A stretch of 64,000 bases of DNA from sequence record LR745206.1, one strand, 5' to 3'. Of the stretch, positions 56,601 through 64,000 are shown one piece after another. Numbering within the stretch: position 1 is the stretch's first letter; every line of letters begins with the position of its first letter. A program made the position numbers and the translations under genes. The notes below the pieces were generated by a model. The model was not told the origin of the DNA. It made no database searches and saw only the letters and a list, made by a program, of their open reading frames with translations.

Positions 56601-58472
56601 ATATCCTTTTTTTGGATTTGGATCTACTAATCCAGTATATCCACCAACAATTGAGGTGTGTCTCCATTCATTATCACCAGGTGTTGATAAAAATGCAGAG
56701 TATTCAATACCTCTTTTGTAAAAAGAATATGTAGCTACAATATTTGGTTGCACTATTGGAACCATTTTTGGTATTAAAGATGCTGGTATTGTATCATCAA
56801 CAAAATCATCGATATATTCTGACCAAGATCCAACTCTAAACTTTCTATCAAAAAATTTAATTACATCTTTTGTGTTATTATTAATTTTAATTCCTTTTAT
56901 ATAAAAAGAATCTTTTAATTTTAATCTATCAAAGCTACTTTTACTTACATAAAATTTATAAACCTTATGTGATACAGGTCTTGAGCTACTAGTAGTTGCT
57001 CCTATAAATTCAGAAATATTAAACTCATCATAATCTAGTATTTTAATAATTTCATCACTTAGATAATTAGAATCTTTTATTATAGAATTCTTATAATGTG
57101 AATTAATAGATTTTATATTATTGAATTTTGTATTTTCTGATTTAGAATTTTTAATTTCTGAATTTCTAACATAAGCATTTTTAAATTCACACTTTTCGAA
57201 AAATGCTTTATTAATAATATTATTAAATATTTGTGTTGTTGATAATATGAAGTTCTCAACAATAGAATAAGTACTAGCATCTAATCCAAGTTCTGTGTTT
57301 ATAATAGTCCCGTTATTTATTACCGATTTTTCTATTTCTGAATCAATTATATAATTGAAACCTTTTCCATTATTGTCAGGTCCATTTACCTTTTGATAAG
57401 GAATTCCATTTTCATCAAATTCTGACAAATAGCTTTCTGGTAATGTATATTTTGAATCGATAGTTCCATCCTCCCATAATACATTTAACATTGTACCATT
57501 ATTCCAATCACCTTCTCCTTCCCATTTTATCTTCTTATCTTGCCTACCATAAACACCAGTATTCCAATCACCTTTGAAATTACCATCTCTAAAGTTACCT
57601 TTAGTTAATATAGGATTGTTATATCTAACATCAACAATCCATTGTGATTGTGTTCCTGGTTGAGCATCTGGTTCTGGTCCAATACCCCATTCATAGATAA
57701 AATCTTCTTTGAATTCAAATCCACTAAAAGTGAATGTATCATTTATTATCTTAACTCTATTGTTATTAGTGTATGTTGTTGATAAAGCATATGAGAATGT
57801 TCCTGACATGAATGCTGATGTTATATTAGTCCATCCATTTATACCATCTCTAACAAAGAATCCTGGTCCACCACTTAACCCAGCGTTTTTACCCCAATCA
57901 CTTATAGGATCAAAATTTTCTTCGGTATAAATTATATTATTTTGGTAATAATTGAATTTATAATCAAAATTTCCACCTCTTGTAGTTATTTGTCTATTTG
58001 CATGTAAAAAGTCTTCTACTGTTTTAATATTATATACTTTTATGAAATTATCTAAATCTTCATCTATCCAAGGTAAATCACCGGTATAATTAATATCTAA
58101 GACAACTTGACAATTATCAATATAGAGTATCTTATAACCATCTCTACCTTTCTTATATTTGTTTGCTTTTATTAATAAATCATTATCATAATTACCATTT
58201 ATGATAAATACTCTATCTCCAACTTTTAATCCAGAATTTACCTCTGTGTAAAATAAGGTTTTTGTAAATCCCTTTATTAAATAAGGTTCTACCCAATTTA
58301 ATAATCTTGGACTGAATGGTTTTTCCTCAGTAGAAACCAATCCTTTTAATGCGTCAACTCCAACTAATTTTATTTGATTACCAACTAATGCTAACTCATC
58401 AGATGTTATTAAAAATGGTTTAGTGGAAATTAATTTCCCAATCGTATTAGATAATGATGAAAATGATGCCAT
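53697..58472 (-). CDS. 1591-aa virion/tail protein with W/F-G pentapeptide repeats and GSGY repeats
   Basis: NGEFNNGEF..WEDGVFNNG tracts; ISxxGxGYxxGD repeats. Confidence 0.7.
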   Translation of the reverse strand: MASFSSLSNTIGKLISTKPFLITSDELALVGNQIKLVGVDALKGLVSTEEKPFSPRLLNWVEPYLIKGFTKTLFYTEVNSGLKVGDRVFIINGNYDNDLLIKANKYKKGRDGYKILYIDNCQVVLDINYTGDLPWIDEDLDNFIKVYNIKTVEDFLHANRQITTRGGNFDYKFNYYQNNIIYTEENFDPISDWGKNAGLSGGPGFFVRDGINGWTNITSAFMSGTFSYALSTTYTNNNRVKIINDTFTFSGFEFKEDFIYEWGIGPEPDAQPGTQSQWIVDVRYNNPILTKGNFRDGNFKGDWNTGVYGRQDKKIKWEGEGDWNNGTMLNVLWEDGTIDSKYTLPESYLSEFDENGIPYQKVNGPDNNGKGFNYIIDSEIEKSVINNGTIINTELGLDASTYSIVENFILSTTQIFNNIINKAFFEKCEFKNAYVRNSEIKNSKSENTKFNNIKSINSHYKNSIIKDSNYLSDEIIKILDYDEFNISEFIGATTSSSRPVSHKVYKFYVSKSSFDRLKLKDSFYIKGIKINNNTKDVIKFFDRKFRVGSWSEYIDDFVDDTIPASLIPKMVPIVQPNIVATYSFYKRGIEYSAFLSTPGDNEWRHTSIVGGYTGLVDPNPKKGYSIDIVTSISDIHSPSTEVYGIDFNRSHPSPTASVIMPPSLGNNIDFTKAYIIDSDFDSGLFETSNWNSGRHINYNNDSNITIPSIEGGYYDLSIATMSSVLTAITNYNFEYPESSEDYLKEGDVVFLNGVDYDTSGKILSITISASGSGYTQSATGVSTINGSGTGFTLDYTADTIGSVLSIGSLVPGSGYADNNYFGVSTVGGAGIGFTLDYTVSGSVVISATISNQGTGYLIGDVLDIPGGSPSASVTVTSITNGEVLSATISTSGIGYTVGDLITINDGNINAKVQVISTTGSVIRLPDTYKVLSNISGVIELEEVVTGTYSILSTLLDDGLFYTTDAYNRYGYIYKTKFNKSKIKAGLFRRSYMTESFIENDSFDVEDKDFNNIEKIRSLVISDPLFTNNNNILSKALYMNGSIVNGSDIWNDGLGQFLIWNGGTFNKGTIKKSRWIDGVFRTGTFYDSRSFDANSTVNTPNYYTENIRSYYKDGLTTLTTYNDRYTWQNGEFNNGEFYKSDWEDGVFNNGKIYYSKWYDGIFNNGTIGDIVVSVSDTLFYNGVINYATVENATLYALDTSYSGLSNSTIYWNDGVFNGGVFGSDIIQTTASNTAIWYTGMFNGGQFITNARWKNGTFNGGKFISGYGWTVSGSTTQTDYGWEDGVFNGGEFGNANLGTNSVWYTGEFNGGKFTGRYWNSGVFTSGQFEGSSTYSAVGGYKVDAMTVSNAYNFVQSYTQSYYGMWNDGYVTNVKDKFIKDKKLYTDIERSVTRIKEKITTVKNALWIAGTFSHPSGEFNNSVWLNGGFETGKFNSSSFNPYVIRNGGLSASFNVNDNLSTGSGSCVWYNGILSDSDFYISRWNQGKWLTGTAFGMVWKNGISNYMNAYNVFWENGTWRNGNWQGSYYQFDGSVLNDFNKQMLFRGMSWSGTSSCHIWNIFKYENTVDSDRIIFATGSTPTSRILPSAPALPSF

Positions 58473-58544
58473 TAATAGTTTTATTAACTTTTCAGTATAT
58501 ATAAATATGTTAATAGTTTCTATATGTTATTAAACATTTTTTCA

Positions 58545-58552
58545 TATATTTG
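58545..58552 (+). promoter_or_regulatory. Bacteroidota-type -7 element
   Basis: TATATTTG just upstream of ATG 58563. Confidence 0.55.
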
Positions 58553-58562
58553 TATAATTAAT

Positions 58563-59297
58563 ATGAGGAAAAAGATTTTAGTATTTACGGGAGCTGGTGT
58601 ATCCGCTGAAAGTGGTGTAGAAACTTTCAGAGATACTGGTGGTTTATGGTGTAATCATAAAATAGAAGATGTTGCTACTCCTAGTGGATGGAAAAAAAAT
58701 AGACAAATAGTATTAGACTTCTATAATCAAAGAAGAAGTCAGTTAGAGACTGTTGAGCCGAATAAAGCACATAAACTAATCGCTGAGTTAGAAGAGTATT
58801 TTGATGTAACCATTGTTACTCAGAATGTAGATAATTTACACGAAAGAGCTGGATCTACAAATGTTATACATTTACATGGTGAATTAACTAAGGTTAGGGG
58901 ATGTATGTATGATCATAAAACATCACCATTTGATGTCATTTATGATATTGGGTATAAACCTACTAAAATAGGTGATATGTGTGAAAAAACAGGATCACAA
59001 TTAAGACCACATATTGTTTGGTTTGGTGAATCTCTCTCAACTTTAGATATAGATAATGCGGTTATAGCAGCGGAACAAGCTAATGTTTGTATTGTTGTTG
59101 GTACTTCTATGCAAGTTTCTCCAGCAAATACTATTCCATTTCTAACTAAAGAAAGTTCATTGATTTATTATGTTGATCCGGGTGAGGAATTTGATGTTCC
59201 TAGAATTAGAAAAGAATTTTTCACACACTTTCAAGAAGGTGCTGTTAGTGGCATGGAAAAAGTTAAAAATGAATTAATTGATTTATTATTGATATGA
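58563..59297 (+). CDS. cobB: Sir2/CobB NAD-dependent deacylase
   Basis: TGAGVSAESG..TFRD, TQNVD.LHERAG, HLHG, RPHIVWFGE, VGTS. Confidence 0.9.
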   Translation: MRKKILVFTGAGVSAESGVETFRDTGGLWCNHKIEDVATPSGWKKNRQIVLDFYNQRRSQLETVEPNKAHKLIAELEEYFDVTIVTQNVDNLHERAGSTNVIHLHGELTKVRGCMYDHKTSPFDVIYDIGYKPTKIGDMCEKTGSQLRPHIVWFGESLSTLDIDNAVIAAEQANVCIVVGTSMQVSPANTIPFLTKESSLIYYVDPGEEFDVPRIRKEFFTHFQEGAVSGMEKVKNELIDLLLI

Positions 59298-59524
59298 AAG
59301 AATATAAAGTAATTAACTGTGGTGATTATTATGTTGTTAGATATGATAATTTCAACCATGGATATGGTAATGATAGAAAATATAGAACATATGAACAGGC
59401 TATGTCTGATATTTATAGATATTATAAAGATATAAAAACTGTGGATTATGAGTCAAAGTCGGAGCGAGAAGCTCGTATTCTATCCGAAAAGAGAAATAGT
59501 GTAATTGATAAAATTTTAGGATAA
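59294..59524 (+). CDS. tagged hypothetical protein
   Basis: ends KRNSVIDKILG. Confidence 0.65.
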   Translation: MKEYKVINCGDYYVVRYDNFNHGYGNDRKYRTYEQAMSDIYRYYKDIKTVDYESKSEREARILSEKRNSVIDKILG

Positions 59525-60078
59525 TGCTTTGGTATCATTGGGTCATTGGTTTTTCTATAGCGTTATCCCTTTTATCGGTTATATTATCTATACCATCAAT
59601 TATAACTATTTATAGAATTGGTTTAAAAGACTATGTTAGAAACATAAAACTACTTTATAATCTTAGAAAAAGGCTAAGTCTATGTTATCAACTAAATACC
59701 AATAGAACTTATAATTATCAAGTTAATGGAAGTTCTGTAAAAACCACAAATCAGATAGACATTGATTATTATTTTCCAATATATCTTAATGATAAAAATG
59801 TTGTTATTGTTAATAAGAGAGGTAAAGGTTTGTGGTATAACCTAATAATAAATGATGCGAGTTATGATGGTAAGGATTGGGTAACTAATATTATTGAAAT
59901 AAAAACATCTACTTGTATGCTAACACAAATTCTTAATGATAGATTTCAATCAAAATTAGATAAATTTACAAAGAACAAAATTTTATTAGAGGATATTAAA
60001 GATTTAAATGAATTAATTAATAGTGAGATAGTGAGTATTAGAAGAGATAGTAAATTAAATTTATTAATAAATGAATAG
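59524..60078 (+). CDS. membrane-anchored tagged protein
   Basis: N-terminal hydrophobic helix; ends RRDSKLNLLINE. Confidence 0.65.
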   Translation: MLWYHWVIGFSIALSLLSVILSIPSIITIYRIGLKDYVRNIKLLYNLRKRLSLCYQLNTNRTYNYQVNGSSVKTTNQIDIDYYFPIYLNDKNVVIVNKRGKGLWYNLIINDASYDGKDWVTNIIEIKTSTCMLTQILNDRFQSKLDKFTKNKILLEDIKDLNELINSEIVSIRRDSKLNLLINE

Positions 60079-60196
60079 TTATAATTGGTTAATGGGTAAC
60101 TTACAAGCTGCTTTAAGAGCAGCCAGACCTAATATGAAATCAAAGGTGAGGAAGAATAAAATAAAAAAACTATTATATGAACTTATCGGAAATTAG
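60071..60196 (+). CDS. 41-aa tagged micro-protein not in ORF track
   Basis: MNSYNWLMGNLQAALRAARPNMKSKVRKNKIKKLLYELIGN; fills operon gap. Confidence 0.6.
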   Translation: MNSYNWLMGNLQAALRAARPNMKSKVRKNKIKKLLYELIGN

Positions 60197-60380
60197 AACT
60201 TATGATTATGATAGAAAATCACCGAATGTGTTTTATATTTTAGATTATCCAAATTTGATAAAAATTAATGAGTTAACTAAAGAAAAGCGTGATATTATAA
60301 ATAAAATGAGTAATAACATTAGGTTTTTAAGAATACGTATGAATCGTAGAAATAAAATAAATAGAATTTTTGAAAAATAA
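60177..60380 (+). CDS. tagged hypothetical protein
   Basis: ends NRRNKINRIFEK. Confidence 0.65.
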   Translation: MNLSEIRTYDYDRKSPNVFYILDYPNLIKINELTKEKRDIINKMSNNIRFLRIRMNRRNKINRIFEK

Positions 60381-60522
60381 ACAAATCATATTACTTAAAG
60401 CTAGACAAACTGGTAAATCTTATTCTACATTGCATGAAATGATTAGGAGATACAAGGAAGTTGATACCGAAATGAGAAGAGCATTTAGAATACAAAGTGT
60501 AAAAAAGATATTTAATATATAA
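60370..60522 (+). CDS. 50-aa terminase Walker-A-like fragment plus degenerate tag, not in ORF track
   Basis: TTG start; MKNKQIILLKARQTGKSYSTLHEMIRRYKEVDTEMRRAFRIQSVKKIFNI. Confidence 0.6.
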   Translation: MKNKQIILLKARQTGKSYSTLHEMIRRYKEVDTEMRRAFRIQSVKKIFNI

Positions 60523-60545
60523 TACAACTAAAAATTAGAAATTTT

Positions 60546-61106
60546 ATGGATTTACAACAATTATTAAATAAATGGAATATCAAATGTGATATTAACACAG
60601 TCTTAGCTATGTGGAATGAATCACATAGAGCTTACCATACATTGAATCATTTGAATGATCTTATTGATCAAATAAATGAAAATAAATCAAAATTCTCTAA
60701 TAAAGAGTATGAGAAGTTAATGATAACTTCCATTTTCCATGATTGTGTTTATGATCCTATGTCTTCTGATAATGAAGAGAAATCAGCAGATTTCTTCATG
60801 GAGTGTGCTATTGATAAATCAAATCCTGATATTATCGAAATAAAACAAATGATTCTTGATACAAAAACACATCAAGCTAATACAATGTTATCTGAATCTT
60901 TCAACAATTATGATATGAATATAGTTGAAAGAGATTTCGATCAACTTTTGGAGTGGGAACAAGGTATCCACGAAGAGTTTAAGGGGTATGGTGATGAAAT
61001 GTATAAGATGGGTAGATTGAAGTTCTTAGAATCGATATTAGATAAGTATCCACAAAATACAGAGAATCTACTTAAACTTGTAGATTGGGTCAAAGAAAAT
61101 TACTAA
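60546..61106 (+). CDS. HD-superfamily metal-dependent phosphohydrolase
   Basis: RAYHTLNHL, FHDCVYD, NEEKSA; late motif 60512-60521. Confidence 0.75.
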   Translation: MDLQQLLNKWNIKCDINTVLAMWNESHRAYHTLNHLNDLIDQINENKSKFSNKEYEKLMITSIFHDCVYDPMSSDNEEKSADFFMECAIDKSNPDIIEIKQMILDTKTHQANTMLSESFNNYDMNIVERDFDQLLEWEQGIHEEFKGYGDEMYKMGRLKFLESILDKYPQNTENLLKLVDWVKENY

Positions 61107-61108
61107 TA

Positions 61109-61525
61109 ATGGATTACGGTGTTATTTATATTAAAATTTGTCCTTCTGGTGTCGGAGAGTGGATAAAGTATTGTCATATACTATCATCAACTCCTACATC
61201 ATTCCAACAAAATGTCAGAGATATTGCTAATAATATTAATTCAAAATATTCAGATGATATTATAATACCTATGGATATAACTGTTCACCCAGGATGTACA
61301 ACTACATCAGAGAAAGTTGAAGAAATAGCAACTGATATTTATAATCAATATTTGGAGTTAGCTGATAAACAAGGAATACCTAATTCAATTAGGTGTGTTT
61401 ATTCAATAGGTGAGTTATCTAATATAGATTTTCCTTCCACTCACCGTTTAGGAAATGATGAGGTTATGGTTAAACTTGGTAGATATTTAGACTCATCTTA
61501 TGATGCTGGGTTATTCTTTATCTAA
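61109..61525 (+). CDS. hypothetical protein
   Basis: likely start MDYGV at 61109. Confidence 0.55.
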   Translation: MDYGVIYIKICPSGVGEWIKYCHILSSTPTSFQQNVRDIANNINSKYSDDIIIPMDITVHPGCTTTSEKVEEIATDIYNQYLELADKQGIPNSIRCVYSIGELSNIDFPSTHRLGNDEVMVKLGRYLDSSYDAGLFFI

Positions 61526-62029
61526 TTCTGGATAGGAATATCCATTTCTTCTAATTTTACTCATTAATTTTTTGGTATTTTTATCCCACTTATTTAAAAC
61601 TTTATATGCTTTATTGGAATTTTTGAACATTATACCTCTTTTACTATGTTTTAGTCCAAACCAATGCCCCAGTTCATGATACAATGTTAATTGAAAAATA
61701 GAATAATCAAATAACAAATCACTGTTTATTAGAATAATACCTCTGATTCCTGTTATTGATAAAGAATCACTAACATAAATTGTGACTCCAAATTTACTAG
61801 AGTCAAATTTCTCAACATATATAGCATCTAAGCTTTTTATATGGTCTATAACTTTTGTAGAATCTAGACCATATTTAATAGCATCTGCAACAAAATTATC
61901 TAAAATAAGTTCGGTTAGTGTATTATCAATATTAACACTTGATGTATCAAGTTCTATATATGTTGTTTTATTTTGTGATTTTGATACAAATGGTAATAAA
62001 ACCATAAGTAAAAGATATATGTATTTCAT
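61511..62029 (-). CDS. secreted metzincin (matrixin-like) metalloprotease
   Basis: signal peptide MKYIYLLLMVLLPFVSKS then Q; HELGHWFGLKH and GIM Met-turn; late motif 62034-62043. Confidence 0.8.
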   Translation of the reverse strand: MKYIYLLLMVLLPFVSKSQNKTTYIELDTSSVNIDNTLTELILDNFVADAIKYGLDSTKVIDHIKSLDAIYVEKFDSSKFGVTIYVSDSLSITGIRGIILINSDLLFDYSIFQLTLYHELGHWFGLKHSKRGIMFKNSNKAYKVLNKWDKNTKKLMSKIRRNGYSYPELDKE

Positions 62030-62039
62030 TAAGTATATA

Positions 62040-62765
62040 TTAATAATTGGATATTATATACTCTGTGCCTGTAAAAGTATTCTTGGATTCAAATTTACAC
62101 TTTGGGTATAATTCTTCAATACCATCAAAATAAAAATAGCTTAATATAAATCTACCTTTTATATTATTTAATACCTCTGATAATTCTTTATGAGATTCCC
62201 TGTTAAAGTTATGATTAATATGATAACATTCTCTACCCATGTATGGTGGATCTAAATAAAAGAAAGTGGATTCAGAATCGTGTATATTTATCACTTCTCT
62301 GTAATCTAAATTAGATATCTCAGATATTTTATCTACTAGGTAATGATAAGCTTTCCACTTCATTTTAAATATCTCAAATTCTTTATCACCTCTCCAAGAG
62401 TCTTTACCTATTTCATTTGGTGCTGAACAGTTTAATATTACTAACCAATCTAGTGCTAGTAGTTCATCATCCTTCTCTTTGAAAATTTCTTTTAATGATT
62501 GTTGATAAAATTCTTTATCAACTGTTGTTGATTTTACCAAATCTATGAAATAATCATTATTCCTTAATTGATTGAATAAGTTATAGTTAAGATAATTGAT
62601 ATCATTATAAATAAACTTAGTTTCTTTATATTTTGAGAAGTTTAGTGAAAAATAAACACCAAACATACCTCCGAATGGCTCTACGTATGTAGATATATCT
62701 CGTGGGATGTTTGGTGTTATGAAGGTTGAAACCTTCGACTTTTCTCCAAAATAGGGGATCAGCAT
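62040..62765 (-). CDS. Dam-like (D12 class) N6-adenine DNA methyltransferase
   Basis: YFGEKS, YVEPFGG, YNDIN, FYLDPPY. Confidence 0.88.
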   Translation of the reverse strand: MLIPYFGEKSKVSTFITPNIPRDISTYVEPFGGMFGVYFSLNFSKYKETKFIYNDINYLNYNLFNQLRNNDYFIDLVKSTTVDKEFYQQSLKEIFKEKDDELLALDWLVILNCSAPNEIGKDSWRGDKEFEIFKMKWKAYHYLVDKISEISNLDYREVINIHDSESTFFYLDPPYMGRECYHINHNFNRESHKELSEVLNNIKGRFILSYFYFDGIEELYPKCKFESKNTFTGTEYIISNY

Positions 62766-63875
62766 TTATTTTTTAAATTCTTTTTTATCATTTGATATGT
62801 AGAAATTATCAAAATTAAAATATTTCTTATATACTTCTTTTATTTTTTTAAGATTCACTTCATCTAAAATCTCATATACTGACCAACCTTCTGGTTGAAT
62901 CCATTGATTGACATTTTTATATCTAAGTATTTCATCTTTTTGCATTCTAACTTTATAAAAATCTTTAACTAGATTAAGTCTTTCTTTTGTTAAGTATTTA
63001 TCTGGTTTAGATAAAACCTCTTTAACAGAATCAATAACAGCTTTGAAATTCTTATTTGATGTTAGTGTAGATATTGTAGATATTCCTTGGTTATTTATTC
63101 TACTTTGATAACAATGTATATAATAAACCAATCCTTTCTTTTCTCTTATTTCTTGATAAAGTGGTGACATCAAACCTAATGAAAGCATCGCATTTATAAA
63201 ATTAACATAAGCAAAATCCTCATCAATTACTGGTGATAATAAAACAATTGATGTCTTATCCTTGAACTCATTATTCAACTCTAGTGTAGTTTCATAATTC
63301 CCAAAAGTTACTGGTTTAATAATCTCTCTTTTAGCAAAATCAATAGTATTGTTTTTATAGTCTTTAGCTTTGGATACATTGATTATCTTTGTTGGTTTTG
63401 AATATTGTAATTCAAAATAATTAAGACAGTCCATGAATTTCAATTTCTCTAAATCTTCTTTTAAACCAATAGGATCAAAGTCATTGAATAATTTACGAGA
63501 AAGATTTAAGCTATGTGATTCTGTTTGGTTATTGAAGCAATCCATATATTCTTCAAGAACAATATTTCTCTCATTCTCAAACTGTTCTTTTGTTACATTA
63601 AATTGACCAAGTAATTTTATAAATTCATGTTTCCATTTATCTACTTTTTCTTCAAGACCTTGTATGTAGAAAACTATCTCATTTGATGATGTGTAAGCAT
63701 TCCAATCAATACCATCTCTATCAAAATCCTCTTGTAGGTGGTCGAAATTTTTACACATTAGGTGTTCCATCAAATGTGATATTCCGTACCATCCTGGCTT
63801 CTCTAAGTTAGTTGATCCTTCATATACTACATAGAAACTAGATAGTTCGGTTTGAGATTTTAAATTTATTATCAT
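62766..63875 (-). CDS. M16 (insulinase) zinc peptidase
   Basis: HLMEH inverted zinc motif, NAYTS, ERNIVLEE. Confidence 0.88.
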   Translation of the reverse strand: MIINLKSQTELSSFYVVYEGSTNLEKPGWYGISHLMEHLMCKNFDHLQEDFDRDGIDWNAYTSSNEIVFYIQGLEEKVDKWKHEFIKLLGQFNVTKEQFENERNIVLEEYMDCFNNQTESHSLNLSRKLFNDFDPIGLKEDLEKLKFMDCLNYFELQYSKPTKIINVSKAKDYKNNTIDFAKREIIKPVTFGNYETTLELNNEFKDKTSIVLLSPVIDEDFAYVNFINAMLSLGLMSPLYQEIREKKGLVYYIHCYQSRINNQGISTISTLTSNKNFKAVIDSVKEVLSKPDKYLTKERLNLVKDFYKVRMQKDEILRYKNVNQWIQPEGWSVYEILDEVNLKKIKEVYKKYFNFDNFYISNDKKEFKK

Positions 63876-63926
63876 AATTAAAAATTAGTTTATTTATTAA
63901 GTATATCAAAAAACGATATGTTTGTT

Positions 63927-64000
63927 TTAATTTAAATCCCATGGATCAAATGTGTCAAATTCAACATCCGGATAAGCTTCTTCAATTCTATTATAGATAT
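63927..64000 (-). CDS. 3-prime end of an ORF running off the window
   Basis: ..YNRIEEAYPDVEFDTFDPWDLN-stop. Confidence 0.4.
   Translation of the reverse strand, partial: IYNRIEEAYPDVEFDTFDPWDLN

Noticed and set aside
1438-57930. Many antisense or overlapping ORFs in the track (e.g. 3840-4568, 16390-16659, 36319-36567, 55330-55965)
   Set aside because: They lie opposite or within well-supported genes, have Ser/Leu/Ile-rich shadow composition, and lack promoters or motifs.
1-64000. Alternative genetic code (TAG or TGA recoding), seen in some large phages
   Set aside because: Code 11 gives near-complete coding density, ORFs up to 1916 aa, and intact enzymes ending at TAA, TAG and TGA.
1-64000. 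CRISPR array, diversity-generating retroelement, integrase or transposase
   Set aside because: No regularly spaced repeat-spacer units, no reverse transcriptase motif, no recombinase recognised.

Overview
Strongly AT-rich, densely coding segment of a large T4-like (jumbo-type) dsDNA tailed phage; standard code 11 gives long clean ORFs. The host is most likely Bacteroidota: host-type TTTG-N19-TATATTTG promoters, a T9SS C-terminal sorting-domain protein and a Bacteroidota-like bS21. The window mixes virion/tail genes (three giant W/G-repeat proteins, tail-fibre-like paralogues) with RuvC-like resolvase, SbcC/gp46, two DNA methyltransferases, PhoH, CysK, Sir2, NUDIX, HAD and metallophosphoesterases, a minimal ATP-dependent ligase, M16/M28/metzincin peptidases, DnaJ, bS21 and a non-canonical tRNA-Cys. 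Two apparently mutually exclusive peptide labels recur. About 17 mostly late-promoter genes begin with an N-terminus like the T4 capsid-targeting sequence. About 19 small ORFs (five missed by the ORF track) share a basic amphipathic tag, R-x-x-K-[IL]-x-x-[IL]-[LF]. The top candidate novel system is that many tagged ORFs are short fragments of hallmark proteins (major capsid N- and C-termini, two portal clip regions, terminase Walker A, PolB motif B, a tail-fibre repeat, ClpC UVR helix) fused to that tag, like a modular bait-plus-handle library. All homology calls come from visual motif recognition against recalled reference sequences, not from searches.
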